NCBI GenBank assembly: GCA_963828195.1
Contig: CAWHDT010000008.1
Span: 1 to 64,000, forward strand
DNA from: Candidatus Bathyarchaeota archaeon
GTDB lineage: Archaea > Thermoproteota > Bathyarchaeia > Bathyarchaeales > Bathycorpusculaceae
Direction of reading: 5' to 3'
Length of the DNA stretch: 64,000 nucleotides
Shown: positions 18,701-28,516 of the stretch, one piece after another
How positions within the stretch are numbered: the stretch's first letter is position 1
Layout of the letters: each line of letters opens with the position of its first letter
Position numbers and translations under genes: made by a program
The notes under the pieces: model-generated
What the model was told of the DNA's origin: nothing
The model's input: only the letters and a program-made list of their open reading frames with translations
The model's database searches: none

Positions 18701-20031
18701 GCCGCGTGTTGATGGTGGCGCCAACGCACAAAGCGATTCACGAATTTGTCAGCAAGCTAGCTAAGTCATGGAGAAACTACTGTAAAGACGGCGGCAGCGA
18801 CTTAGCTAATCTGCGGATTTACCGTGTTGTAAACAGCACCTTAGTTAAAGACCGCATCGACGGCGTAAACTACGTAAATTATAACGAAGATGAAGCAATC
18901 GTTAATGAGATAAAAGAAGCAATATCAAGCCAAGGCAAGCTGGTTGCTGACGCCTCGGATGATTTTCCTTTGGTTCTGTGTGTTACCCCGCCTGGCTTGT
19001 TTGGTCTTATGAAGAAAATCGGCGGAAAAGAGCCGCCTTGGGACGAAGGCTTCTTTGACCTCCTCGTCGTCGATGAAGCAAGCATGATGCGGCTTCCCGA
19101 ATTGATCCTGTCAGGCGCCTTCGTCGATAAGAACGCTCAGATTCTGGTGGCAGGCGACCACCGCCAGCTTCCGCCAATTCAAGCGCACAACTGGGAAAAA
19201 GAAGACAGGCGAACCATTGAAGAAATGGCTTCGTTTCTGTCAGCTATGGATTTCCTTCGGCTGCTGCGCCAAGAAGACCTCGGACTTGAACATATCGAAG
19301 CTAAACATAAAGCTGATATTCCCACTGAACGCCTAAGTGAAACGCACAGGTGCCACCGAGTTGTTGCGGAGTTTCTAAGAGACTGGGTGTACAACAAAGA
19401 CGGCATCGATTTTCGCAGCGACCAAACAGAAACTCTAGCTTTTGTTTCGGCGTCAACTGAGGGGTTGAAGGTGGTTTTGGAGCCAGAGAACGTTTTTGTT
19501 TTGGTTGTTCATGATGAGCAGGAAAGTTTTCAATCTAATTTGGTTGAGGCGCGGCTTGTTGAAGCTATAGCGGGCGGGGCAAATTCTGGAAGCGTCGGCA
19601 TAGTTACTCCGCATAATGCCCAGCGGGGAGTGGTGACTAATTTGCTGCTTCAAGGCAACAGAAAAGTGCGGGTTGACACCGTTGAGCGTTACCAAGGTGG
19701 CGAAGCAGACTTCATAATCATCTCGTCAACCGTCAGCGACCCCGACTACGTGCGGATAGAAAGCGACTTCTTGCTAAACCTAAACCGCATAAACGTCGCC
19801 ATCAGCCGAATGAAAAAGAAACTCGTCATCATCGCAAGCAGATCAATCTTCGAATTCATGCCGCAGGACGCCAAAGACTACGACAAAGCCCTGCTGTGGA
19901 AAGGCATCGCCCAAACCGTAGGCTTCACCGCAAACGCCAACCCCAAATGGAAAGGCTCCCTGTCTGACTTTTTGGGGAAAACCGCCCAAGAAGTGGGGAT
20001 TGAAGTCTACGTTAAACCCAGCGGCGACTAG
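15709..20031 (+). CDS. Large RecB/Cas4-like nuclease plus SF1 (Dna2/Upf1-like) helicase fusion, TM0106-type architecture
   Basis: DCCPR, GIADLI...FEIKSS...QVAIY, CDNCGFNECC; HhH-like LRQRGITKLSDLA; helicase motifs QGPPGTGKT, VVDEASM, AGDHRQLPP, VTPHNAQ, DTVERYQGGE, NVAISRMK. Confidence 0.88.
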   Translation: MEEKASNEATDLPSLDASGIAEYIRFDCCPRYFKLRFEGKEESSHKWPEAFKPLSPLLYGAGKDLEEKTVQNLRAKAAGYRDLRCFNPREDGWENAWPKSVQAIKEILQSQLLSSGAEYKPVLVYQAPIRGSIGMWNIKGIADLIGIWPSRDGKVKIRIFEIKSSWKEQTAHRVQVAIYVQLLSDALGDLASKVEFEGGVINKESDLEKLDPQSLPSFRLEPLIQDVQRLLSVNGELYRIHQKALSEVEYQLSWRCDNCGFNECCVVRSIEKESVALLNLTRGEQKALRQRGITKLSDLAKLKTVPSTDDLRPYNFKEIRALEPEKVHLLSADPVIGGKLDKLIQRAQYMLFGIRPDGKYANKVRSMPWLTGTGYGTLPEDSPQDGANTALLFRPDGMIRVYFHIEWDYMIDILSMVTARVSCTRYRGEPITVSKIVSSLPEQQKDCLAQERDMLETFFSDLTAAINTVASDVGSPDEAPIHLYFYTRHERDHLMDAVRRHFSLATARAVQDLLGLRQAIDQPMFSIIQDELSLRKAVGYHSTGLLPVLKQCGYFDNNLWTVKRKDGSKLDMRLVFRDGFFNFELPYTRNPDGSMSFVLSRDDQRPKEAYYPARSRFGDQIPIEYIWSAKNRLDSCEEKGFAKIMVEKRTWCDYPHNTRRISDEDLTLLGGGLCLALEHIERFLTIRNRRLGKKPIPIPQIPKFTLGNATLERSCREFLDLEYFAKRQDLYQHYALLPCQRVSTGRSVIFQCLTVEETERDFLVKGKLVYEGLGLPKSECVVNACRVKGSDDSGSGDWMVATEIRKNEQGEFEEAQRRSPSEVEKSALVIIENVNLPKMEVAIKVLSWPSGKTRRYRSWHNLPTSDKDKAKDGKQQLFEAGRTYILDELADDIISERAAKCLDYAADNALYCLLEGFLAGTTKPSQRRALAKDPAKPLLSWVEGTRFPPKPEQSRFIQRVFGKEQVVMLQGPPGTGKTETLQLAVLAHIAAHKAVGKCRVLMVAPTHKAIHEFVSKLAKSWRNYCKDGGSDLANLRIYRVVNSTLVKDRIDGVNYVNYNEDEAIVNEIKEAISSQGKLVADASDDFPLVLCVTPPGLFGLMKKIGGKEPPWDEGFFDLLVVDEASMMRLPELILSGAFVDKNAQILVAGDHRQLPPIQAHNWEKEDRRTIEEMASFLSAMDFLRLLRQEDLGLEHIEAKHKADIPTERLSETHRCHRVVAEFLRDWVYNKDGIDFRSDQTETLAFVSASTEGLKVVLEPENVFVLVVHDEQESFQSNLVEARLVEAIAGGANSGSVGIVTPHNAQRGVVTNLLLQGNRKVRVDTVERYQGGEADFIIISSTVSDPDYVRIESDFLLNLNRINVAISRMKKKLVIIASRSIFEFMPQDAKDYDKALLWKGIAQTVGFTANANPKWKGSLSDFLGKTAQEVGIEVYVKPSGD

Positions 20032-20108
20032 CAAATTTTAAGTTAAAATAAAACGACCTTCCAATTTGCGGATAAACCTTTTCTAAAGATTACAAAAGTA
20101 GCGGCATA

Positions 20109-20246
20109 TTATAGAGGGCAATTCTTAAAAGTTTCCGTTGCCCTTTTGTATCGTTTTTCATCTGTTTCAGTTGGCTTCCGCTTGATTTCTTTCTCAACAG
20201 CTTTCCACTGTTCTGAATCAAGTACGGGAATAGGTTTGGGTGACAT
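20109..20246 (-). CDS. 45-aa charged peptide, antitoxin-like (absent from the ORF track)
   Basis: Hand translation MSPKPIPVLDSEQWKAVEKEIKRKPTETDEKRYKRATETFKNCPL; amphipathic helical pattern. Confidence 0.5.
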   Translation of the reverse strand: MSPKPIPVLDSEQWKAVEKEIKRKPTETDEKRYKRATETFKNCPL

Positions 20247-20571
20247 CTTGTTCACGTTCTGGAAACTATCAATTTTGCTAACTGTTATCTACCACGGATA
20301 ATCGATTAATTAAATTTTGTGTACTTAGGTTCTTTTTAGTTCTTAAGGGATGGATTTATCCGTTAAGTTCCGTTGAATAACTTACTTTATAGGGTTTTCT
20401 TGATAACTTGCTAAAGCATGAATCAAATTATCCGTTGATTTCTCAGTAAACCATTTTTTAAACCAATACCATTTCCTTGATGTTATCAAAAGGATCCTGA
20501 CCTTTGGAGATTCTTAGGGCAAGCAAGATAATGCCCCGCATGGTTGAGGGCGCATTTTTTGGGTTTTGTAA

Positions 20572-20946
20572 TTAACTAGCTTGAATTAGCCCTATTTCGT
20601 GTTGCAGTTCAAAGTGCTCTGGAGCGTTCCCTGTTTCCAAGGTTTTGCAGATAGTTTTGAGTGAATGTGCCGTGTAGTCTAGTGTAGTTTTTCCGTTGTT
20701 TGTGAGTTTATAGATTTTTTTCGGTCTGTCGCCGTCCATTTTCCACTCGCTTTTTATGCAGCTTTTTTTCTCCATCATGTTTAGCAGAGGGTATACTGTG
20801 CTTGGGCCAAGGTAAACTCCGAAGTTTTTGCGAATTGTGGTTATTATTTGGTAGCCATGCATTGGGCTGTTTTCGAGCAGTTGCAGGATTATCAGGTCTA
20901 TTAGGCCTTTTGTGAGTTTGGTTTGTATGATTTTGTTTGTGTCCAT
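20572..20946 (-). CDS. PadR-family transcriptional regulator
   Basis: IILQLLENSPMHGYQI, STVYPLL, RPKKIYKLTNNG; AGGAG RBS. Confidence 0.92.
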   Translation of the reverse strand: MDTNKIIQTKLTKGLIDLIILQLLENSPMHGYQIITTIRKNFGVYLGPSTVYPLLNMMEKKSCIKSEWKMDGDRPKKIYKLTNNGKTTLDYTAHSLKTICKTLETGNAPEHFELQHEIGLIQAS

Positions 20947-20970
20947 TTTTGTGTTTCTCCTGTATTTTTG

Positions 20971-20986
20971 TTGTACAGGTGTACAA
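20971..20986. promoter_or_regulatory. Candidate PadR operator
   Basis: Inverted repeat TTGTACA-GG-TGTACAA 25-40 bp upstream of the padR start codon. Confidence 0.5.
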
Positions 20987-22229
20987 TATGTCTTTTTTCA
21001 GACCTATTATTGTATGAGTATTCATATACACGACGCAGATATAAACCCTAATACATACCACCAGCATACCCATGCATAACAAAAAAGCCAAATCACAAAC
21101 AAACATGCCCAAAAACAACGCTGCAACCATCAAAAACAACCCAAGAAACCAATCCAACTCGAAAAAAACAGCAAAAAAGAAACTGTACAACAACAAAACA
21201 TAAAACCTTAGCCCAGATTCAGATTCAGTGTCTAAAGAACCTCTTTGACCGGCGTTTATTGCTCTCATTGTTCCCCCCAAAATTTTTTGCTTTTTCGGTT
21301 TTTCTTTCTCCCATGGATTTCTAGGCTATCCCGTACCTTAATGGTAACGTTTCAGGTCGCGCGGGATGAAACAGTCGGAGAAGTAACAGAACCTCTCTTA
21401 TCAAAAATAGGATTAAACTAATATATTGAAAGATCAATAGTTTAATCAGGCGCTTGCATGCTAAGAATAAAGGGAGCAGTTACTGGTTTTCAAGACAGGC
21501 TTGACGGCTTTTTTTACAAGTGCGAGTATTTGAAAGAATGCGACAAAGTTACACCGCAATGCAGGCACGGCGGCAATAGTTATTGTGGCGAATATAAAAA
21601 AAGAAGCAGCAATAGACTCAAGAACAGTTAGGCACGTTGTCAGAAATTCCATGTTTAATCTCGCTTAAGGTTGCCGGCGCCTTAAGGTTTAATCAGTTCA
21701 GAAATCCGGTTGTAGTTGTAGTTTTACAATCACATATTTTCATAGCGCTTGAAAAGAAATATCATATTAGAGATTGCTTTTTTCAGAGGAATTAAAACGG
21801 TTTAACGTTTCGTTGTTTGTTTTTTTGATATGTTATGGTTTTTGAAATATGGTTTAAAAGCTTTTTTTCAGTTGCTTGTTTAGCAAGAATTAAGAGATGG
21901 GCAAAGTTGGCTTCAATCCGGGGATCAGTTAATCAGAAAGAACATCGGTCTGCAAGCAACGTTTGTGGTCAGCTTGGGCTTTTTTGGTTCAGTCGTGCTT
22001 TCGGTTCTTGGTTTTCCAAGCGGTTTATCGCATGTTGTATAGAAAAGTTTAATAGAAGTTCTATTGTCAGAGGCTATTTCACAAACGGGGGAACCTAAAG
22101 AGGAATTTGCAGCACAGTTAACGCTCTTTTGTTTCATATCCACTTCCTTCAGGAAGGGATTCGTTAGCACTGCTGTTTTTTGGTGCTTAAGAGCTTTTTA
22201 GTTTTGAAGTACTTTGTCGGAGGGTTTGT

Positions 22230-22577
22230 TTGGTTAAAAATCGTGACAGATTGGACATTGTTGCCTCTGTTCTGGAAGCTGCACATTTAGGTTCCAACAA
22301 GACCCGTATCATGGTTGTTGCCAAACTGAGTTTTAAGCTTCTTGAGAAATATTTGGATGTTGTAGTGAGTGTAGGCTTTGTTCAGGTGGATGATTCCCTT
22401 TATTCAGTGACCGAAAGCGGTTGCGAGTTCCTTAGACTATACAGCGATTTTCATGATCGGTCTATGAAAGCTGCGGCGTTACTTGAAACTTTAGATTCTG
22501 AGCATTTGAAGCTTTCTCGGTTGCTGGAGAGGTCTGAGCATGCTGGATCATTTGAGTCCATAGATGGTTCCGTGTAG
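22230..22577 (+). CDS. Archaeal winged-helix regulator (ArnR1-like/HTH_45 type)
   Basis: RDRLDIVASVLE...NKTRIM..AKLSFKLLEKYL...YSVTESG; sits at the head of the glycan locus. Confidence 0.8.
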   Translation: MVKNRDRLDIVASVLEAAHLGSNKTRIMVVAKLSFKLLEKYLDVVVSVGFVQVDDSLYSVTESGCEFLRLYSDFHDRSMKAAALLETLDSEHLKLSRLLERSEHAGSFESIDGSV

Positions 22578-22681
22578 AATGCTTTTGCAGACTTTCTCAA
22601 TGATATATATCGTTTTTTTTAGTATGCCTTAATAAGAGCTGAAGTGCTTAGCGATTGGCAGAGTAGTAAGGAGAAGGTCGC

Positions 22682-23413
22682 ATGTTACTAGATGAAAGAG
22701 AACAGCGTATGCCATTCGCAGTAATTGGCAGTTGGAGTATTCCAGACATCAGCGTCGTTGTTCCAGTTTATAATGAAGAGAAGAATATAAGCGTAGTTTT
22801 GAGAATCTTGTCGCAGATTGATTGGTCCCCCTATAATGTAGAGATTATTGTGGTCGATGATGGTTCCACAGATAATTCGGCAAGTGAGATTGCTGCCTTT
22901 CCCTTCGTCAAGTATATTCATCATAAGAAGAATATGGGTAAGGGTGCTGCATTGAAAACTGGATTTCAGCATTCTGCTGGAAAAGTAGTTGTAGTTCAAG
23001 ATGCGGACATGGAGTATTCACCCGAATCTATTCCTGAGTTGGCGAAACCGATTTTGGATGGTCACGCAGACGTCGTGTTCGGATCCAGATTTACCGGAAA
23101 AAATGAGGGAATGAGCGTCTCCCATTACATGGGCAACAGACTATTGTCTCTGACTGCACGGATACTTTTTGAGGCCCCAATAACAGATATTATGACAGGA
23201 TCTAAAGCGTTCAATCGCGAAGTTGTCGATTCATTTGAATTGCATGAGCGCGGTTTCGGCGTTGAAATAGAGATGACCTCTGAGAGCCTACAGAACGGCC
23301 GGAGATATCAAGAAGTACCTATCGGATATTCCTATCGCACAGTAGGCGCCTCCAAAATACGCTTTTCAGACGGCCTCAAAAGCATGATTAAACTTTTTTC
23401 AAGTATCGTTTAA
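22682..23413 (+). CDS. GT2 glycosyltransferase (polyprenol-phosphate glycosyltransferase/DPM1-like)
   Basis: SVVVPVYNE, VDDGSTD, NMGKGAA, QDADMEY, VFGSRF. Confidence 0.9.
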   Translation: MLLDEREQRMPFAVIGSWSIPDISVVVPVYNEEKNISVVLRILSQIDWSPYNVEIIVVDDGSTDNSASEIAAFPFVKYIHHKKNMGKGAALKTGFQHSAGKVVVVQDADMEYSPESIPELAKPILDGHADVVFGSRFTGKNEGMSVSHYMGNRLLSLTARILFEAPITDIMTGSKAFNREVVDSFELHERGFGVEIEMTSESLQNGRRYQEVPIGYSYRTVGASKIRFSDGLKSMIKLFSSIV

Positions 23414-23631
23414 GCAGGCGTTTGTTAACGTAAACCAGAGCAATCTTTCTCATCCTTGAAATAGATATAGCTCCATAAATGTTAAAACAATTTCTTATCC
23501 ATTCATTTAGAGTACAAAGACTCCTCATGAAACATTCCAAAGCTTATAGTTCGCGGTCAAAGATTCATCAGCCCTCCTAACTTAAACTAACTTTAGGATA
23601 GCTTTCAGTAATGTTAGGATGTAGTTCTTAA

Positions 23632-24597
23632 ATGCCAAACTTATTCTTGACTTTTGATGTTGAAGATTTTATTAACGAGCAATCGTTTTTTGCGCTAAAA
23701 AAAATACTCGACATATTGGACAAGGCTGAGCTTAGAGGGCTTTTCTTTATAACTGGCCACATGGCGGATAAGCTGAAAAGCTATCCTGAAATTACCACTC
23801 GTTTGGAAAATCACGAAATTGGGTATCATTCCACGGCTCACTCGGTCAGACCCATAATCACAGAATATACCGATGTTGAAAATTATCAAAAATCGATTGA
23901 AATATCGCTAAAAAGAGAAACTTCGCGTATTTCTCCAACTACAGGCGAAGTTTTAGGTTCTGGAGGGTTATTGTCCCTTAGAGCCCTCTTTCCAAAGAAA
24001 TCGATCACATCATTTAGGGCACCAGGCTTCAGTTGGTCTCCTCCCTTATTAGAAGCTTTAAGAAAACTTGAAGTCATACATGATTTTTCAACATGTCTGA
24101 AAACCGGTCCATTATTTTACAAAGGAATATTTTTTTATCCTTTCCCAATGGTTCTTTGTCCGCCGGACGGTTATTACCCATTAAATTTAAGAACTGCAGC
24201 TACATCTCTCAAGAATGCTTTGACAAAGGGTACAGTAGTTCTTCTCTTGCACCCCACTTCATTAAGCCTCCAAGATCACTGGGATTCTATTTATTTCCAA
24301 GGAAATCCTGGAATATTAGTTCCAGCTAAGCCTCGCGATGAAGAGGAAGAAAAACGCCTAATCAAAGCTTTTTCTCTGTTGGTTGAAAGGATAAAAGGCT
24401 TCAAGAGAATTGGGCTGCTTGATGTTACGCCGTCATTTACGTTGACTGTAAAAGGTCTTGAGCCCACAGAGGAACTGGAGGAAAAATTGTATTTTTTCGG
24501 AATTCGATGGGGCATTGAAAACTTCAATTATAATCCTCGTTTCCTTCATGCTCATTACAAGAGATTTTTTAATTTAATTGATGAATCAAAGAAATAG
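23632..24597 (+). CDS. Polysaccharide deacetylase (CE4/NodB-like)
   Basis: LTFDVED, FFITG, HEIGYHSTAH, SFRAPGFS, LLHP. Confidence 0.85.
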   Translation: MPNLFLTFDVEDFINEQSFFALKKILDILDKAELRGLFFITGHMADKLKSYPEITTRLENHEIGYHSTAHSVRPIITEYTDVENYQKSIEISLKRETSRISPTTGEVLGSGGLLSLRALFPKKSITSFRAPGFSWSPPLLEALRKLEVIHDFSTCLKTGPLFYKGIFFYPFPMVLCPPDGYYPLNLRTAATSLKNALTKGTVVLLLHPTSLSLQDHWDSIYFQGNPGILVPAKPRDEEEEKRLIKAFSLLVERIKGFKRIGLLDVTPSFTLTVKGLEPTEELEEKLYFFGIRWGIENFNYNPRFLHAHYKRFFNLIDESKK

Positions 24598-24704
24598 TCC
24601 TAACTCAAATAATCGTGTTCTAAGTGGCATTATTTTGTCCTTTAATTTCCTTCGGGTAATGCATTTGGGGCAGACGAATAAATGAGGCGCTAAAGGGTCT
24701 TTAA

Positions 24705-25868
24705 ATGAGAGTCTTAATTTTGTCGCATCACTTCTACCCAAATTGGGGCGGAACCGAGAGTTACGTATCGACTCTTGCAAAATACCTAAACCGAGACCAT
24801 TACCCGACAGCCGTCTATTCATATGGTTGGAGTTCTCCCTCAAACACTGAGTACAGAATATATCGAAACGTAATTCAGCCCTCTGCCGCTTGTCCTCAAT
24901 ATTTAAAACCGTTCTTGCTTGGTTTTCAACAAGTTACCGACATCTTCAAGCTACAAATTATTAAAAAAGATATTGATCTTCTTCATGTTCAGGGGTTAAC
25001 TAGAGGGTTTGAATTCTACATAAATCCTGTCCGTTCGCTTTCACTTTTGCAGGGTTGGACTTTTTTAAAAGGAATCCCAAAAGTAATTACATTTCACGAA
25101 GCCATAACGGAAAGAAACGTTGATTCATACTTAAAAGAAGCAAGACATTGCGACTCAGTTATTTGTGTCAACGAAAAAAGCGCAGCTCTGATAAAATCTA
25201 AGGTAGCCAACGCTCGGGTCCATTTTGTTCCAAACGGCGTTGATATTGAGCTGTTTGACCCGAAAAAATTCAAAAGAAAGCAGAATCAATGCTTTACCGT
25301 TCTTTGTCCTTCACGTACTACTAAACAAAAAGGCATTTTAGAACTGATTAATGCTGCACAAATAATTGTGCATGAACGCGGGATCAAAGACATACAATTC
25401 TTTTTGATGGGTGAAGGCTATTTTAGTCCTGGTTATCGCGATCTAAGTTTCTATCAATATGTACAAAATCGTTTGGATAAATTGGGACTCAATGAATATT
25501 TTAAGTTTAAGCAAGGTCGGCCTTTCTACAAAATGCCCGATTTATACGCCAGCTGCGATATCGTTGTTCTTCCTTCTCACGATGAAGGATTTAGCCTTGT
25601 AGTTCTTGAAGCAATGGCGATGGAGAAACCTGTTGTTGCAACGCCCGTGGGGGAAACACTTCGTTTAATAACCGATGGCAAAGAAGGTTTTATTGTTCAA
25701 AAAGGCGAATCGGTAAGTTTAGCTGAGGCAATTTTGGATTTATATCAAAGCATCTCGCTTAGAAAGCAGATGGGCGATTGTGGAAGGAAAAAGGTTGAAG
25801 ATCAATTTGAATGTGGCAAGACATCCAGAGAAGTGGAGCGAGTTTATGAGAGTGTTAGCAAGCGATAG
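24705..25868 (+). CDS. GT4 glycosyltransferase
   Basis: GGTE, PNGVD, EGFSLVVLEAMAMEKPVVAT. Confidence 0.92.
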   Translation: MRVLILSHHFYPNWGGTESYVSTLAKYLNRDHYPTAVYSYGWSSPSNTEYRIYRNVIQPSAACPQYLKPFLLGFQQVTDIFKLQIIKKDIDLLHVQGLTRGFEFYINPVRSLSLLQGWTFLKGIPKVITFHEAITERNVDSYLKEARHCDSVICVNEKSAALIKSKVANARVHFVPNGVDIELFDPKKFKRKQNQCFTVLCPSRTTKQKGILELINAAQIIVHERGIKDIQFFLMGEGYFSPGYRDLSFYQYVQNRLDKLGLNEYFKFKQGRPFYKMPDLYASCDIVVLPSHDEGFSLVVLEAMAMEKPVVATPVGETLRLITDGKEGFIVQKGESVSLAEAILDLYQSISLRKQMGDCGRKKVEDQFECGKTSREVERVYESVSKR

Positions 25869-25871
25869 GAT

Positions 25872-26669
25872 ATGAGATGCAAAATGGAATTGATTGATAA
25901 ATCTGAAATTTGCTTTATCGTCTCTGCTAGAACACATGAAGGCGTTGCAGAAAAGGCGGCTGAGCTAAGAACGATAGGTGTACCGTTCATTATAATTTGC
26001 GCAGAAAAAATTGATCACCCGGATGTGATTTATCGGCCGAAGAAAGGAAAATTTGACGCAATAAATTTCGCATCTAAATTTGTAGGTGAAAACGTAAAAA
26101 TTATTTGCTTAAATGATGTTGACTCTAAGATATTTAATTTCGAAAAGGCAGTTCAGAAAATGATTGATGATAAAGCTGGTTTAGTTTTCTGTAAAATTAA
26201 GGTTGATTCTGGGCCTCAGTTTCAATTTTATTCATTGATGGATAAAATTAGAGCTATTGTACCGATCGCATCAAGTGGCGACTTGATGTTAATTCGAAAA
26301 ACAGTTTTTGACCAGCTGTTACCTATTCCGGCATGTAAAACGGAAGACAACTTTATTTCGTTTAAGGCGGCGGAGTTAGGTTATAAAGTTCTTTTCTGCG
26401 ATGATTGCTGGGTTGAAACGAAGAAAACTAGCACTTTGGAAGAGGAAGAGCAATATAAAACTAGAACTGTGACTGGCCTTTACCAAGCTCTCTCCCTTAC
26501 TAAAACGACACCTTTAATTCGTGTCTTTTACCTTGGTCTCCCGCTTATTACTCCGCTTTTGCTGCTTCAAGGGAAAAGAGGTGCCGCTTGGACCAAGGGT
26601 ATACTTTTGGGGTTCACAAACTTTCTTCAAGGAGACAAAGAAGGAGCCTTCGAGAAAATCGGCGGCTAA
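25872..26669 (+). CDS. GT2-like glycosyltransferase
   Basis: GKFDAINFA, LNDVD (DxD), SGDLMLIR, TED. Confidence 0.75.
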   Translation: MRCKMELIDKSEICFIVSARTHEGVAEKAAELRTIGVPFIIICAEKIDHPDVIYRPKKGKFDAINFASKFVGENVKIICLNDVDSKIFNFEKAVQKMIDDKAGLVFCKIKVDSGPQFQFYSLMDKIRAIVPIASSGDLMLIRKTVFDQLLPIPACKTEDNFISFKAAELGYKVLFCDDCWVETKKTSTLEEEEQYKTRTVTGLYQALSLTKTTPLIRVFYLGLPLITPLLLLQGKRGAAWTKGILLGFTNFLQGDKEGAFEKIGG

Positions 26670-26684
26670 ATAAGTCAACAACAC

Positions 26685-28496
26685 GTGCTTTTCAAGCGAA
26701 ATATTAACGGGAATTCTGATGTGAGTGGCTATATGAAAGGTGTACCTAAAGAGCTTAATGGTGCTCTATCGATTTTATCGATAATTCTAACTACTTTAGG
26801 TATAATTGTTCTTGTGTTTTTCTTAAGGAATGTTGATAATGGAGTTTCCGTGATTCTTCTTTTCGCTGGCACAATTATTCTTGCGGCGGGCAATGTTTTA
26901 GCTTTTCTAACAGTTACTTATCATAAGGCACATTTCTTTTTTGTTCTTTTCGTTACGTCCTTCTTTTTGATGACGATGTACGATATTAGATTTAACGTTT
27001 TGCAAGGTTCCGACATTGTTTGGGAGTATACTTCGGCAAAGACCACGTTAGAAAGTAATATATGGTCACTTTCCAGAGCGGCGACTGGAGACCGGTATTT
27101 TACTGCGGCTTCAATTTCTTTGTTTCCTGCAATAGTTTCTAAGGTAACTGGCTTAGATTTAATGCCTATTTTCCAGTGGGGTATGCGTGCGGTTTTAGCC
27201 ATTCTTCCGCTTGTTATTTTTCAGACTGTTCAAGAAATCTTTGGTGAGGTTAAGCTTTCAGCTCTTTCAGCTTTGATTTTTGTTCAGTTTTATTATAACT
27301 TCAATCTCCTTAATTTTCTAATACGCCAAGGAGTCGCCGAATTATTTCTTGTTTTGATAATTTATTCATTGGTGAAAGTTTACAAAGGTAAAAATAAACT
27401 TACGTACACTGCGTTGTCTGTTTTTTCAATGTTAGGTATAGCGGTTAGCCATTACACTATGGATTATTGGGGCATCATGATATTTGTCGGTATTTTCATT
27501 TTGTGCTGGGTGGTTAGTTATTTTCCTCCGAAATTGCTGTCTTTTTTCAAGTTCTCCAGCTTTAAAGGGGAAAAGCAAGTTATCGATAGTGTTTTTTTGA
27601 TATTTTTTATTTGTGTAAGTTTATTTTGGATTTACTTTACAAATATGCTTCCTTTTCTTACGGACATTCATAATGAAATTTATTTAATTACCAATTCGAT
27701 TGTTCATACTCCCGGAGCAGTTGCCGCGACTATCCCTACGTCTTCTTGGTTTCTGAATAATCCTGCTGGGCCAGTGGTAGGTTTTTGGCTTGATTTTACG
27801 TTGGTTTTAATTCCTGTTGGCTTCTTATGCTTGTTGTTTACGGTTCGCAAGGAACCTATCCACATGCCGTTGATAATGGGCGGATTAGTCATGATGGGGT
27901 TCGTGGCGATATGGGTTTTAGCTGGAACAGCAATGCTGGGCGTTTTTATTGATAGAGTAATCACAATGGGCATGCCTTTCTTCGTAACTTTTATGGCTGC
28001 AAGCATTTTATTTTTAAATAAGAAGCTGCTTTCAAACAAGAAGCGCGCGCTGCGGATTTTTGCAACCATCTTTGTGATTGTGTTTTTGATGATAAATCTT
28101 CCAATGAATATGATTATTCCAAGTTATCAGAGATACCTTTTATATTCACCTATGGAAGCGGTTAATCCAGCGGTTTCTATAAATCAAAATATTATTGGAG
28201 TAAACGAATATACAACCTCAGTGTGGTTAGAGCAACATGCTTCAGAAAATGCAACATATTGGACAGATTTTACTAACCAATGGTTTTATGCCATATGGAA
28301 TGTGAATATTCAGTATAGCGGAGCTCCGCCTATTAATAATACAGGCACTTATTTTTTGCTTGATAACTATAATTTACAACTAGGCATGTGGCAAGGACCA
28401 GTTTCAACTCTGTATTTTCCAGTTAACGATGTATTAGGCAATAGCAGTATCGTTTATAGTAATGGCGATTCAGCCATTATAGCGACAGAAGGTTAG
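26685..28496 (+). CDS. DUF2206-like multi-pass membrane protein (GT-C / Wzy-like polymerase candidate)
   Basis: About 13 TM segments; GSDIVWEY, RQGVAELF, VSHYT motifs; C-terminal IVYSNGD. Confidence 0.7.
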   Translation: MLFKRNINGNSDVSGYMKGVPKELNGALSILSIILTTLGIIVLVFFLRNVDNGVSVILLFAGTIILAAGNVLAFLTVTYHKAHFFFVLFVTSFFLMTMYDIRFNVLQGSDIVWEYTSAKTTLESNIWSLSRAATGDRYFTAASISLFPAIVSKVTGLDLMPIFQWGMRAVLAILPLVIFQTVQEIFGEVKLSALSALIFVQFYYNFNLLNFLIRQGVAELFLVLIIYSLVKVYKGKNKLTYTALSVFSMLGIAVSHYTMDYWGIMIFVGIFILCWVVSYFPPKLLSFFKFSSFKGEKQVIDSVFLIFFICVSLFWIYFTNMLPFLTDIHNEIYLITNSIVHTPGAVAATIPTSSWFLNNPAGPVVGFWLDFTLVLIPVGFLCLLFTVRKEPIHMPLIMGGLVMMGFVAIWVLAGTAMLGVFIDRVITMGMPFFVTFMAASILFLNKKLLSNKKRALRIFATIFVIVFLMINLPMNMIIPSYQRYLLYSPMEAVNPAVSINQNIIGVNEYTTSVWLEQHASENATYWTDFTNQWFYAIWNVNIQYSGAPPINNTGTYFLLDNYNLQLGMWQGPVSTLYFPVNDVLGNSSIVYSNGDSAIIATEG

Positions 28497-28516
28497 TCAA
28501 TAGGAGACATATCAAA

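Noticed and set aside
20356-20436. DnaA boxes or replication origin
   Set aside because: TTATCCGTT only partly matches TTATCCACA; archaeal context with no ORB elements or orc1/cdc6 adjacent
20708-21280. 190-aa minus-strand ORF and a short K/N-rich plus-strand ORF near 21070-21200
   Set aside because: Overlaps padR out of frame; the open frames are explained by the local GT/AC compositional skew
21461-22170. Short ORFs 21461-21652, 21835-22098 and 21925-22170
   Set aside because: No motifs and partly overlapping; cannot be supported, though 21925-22137 has a weak RBS
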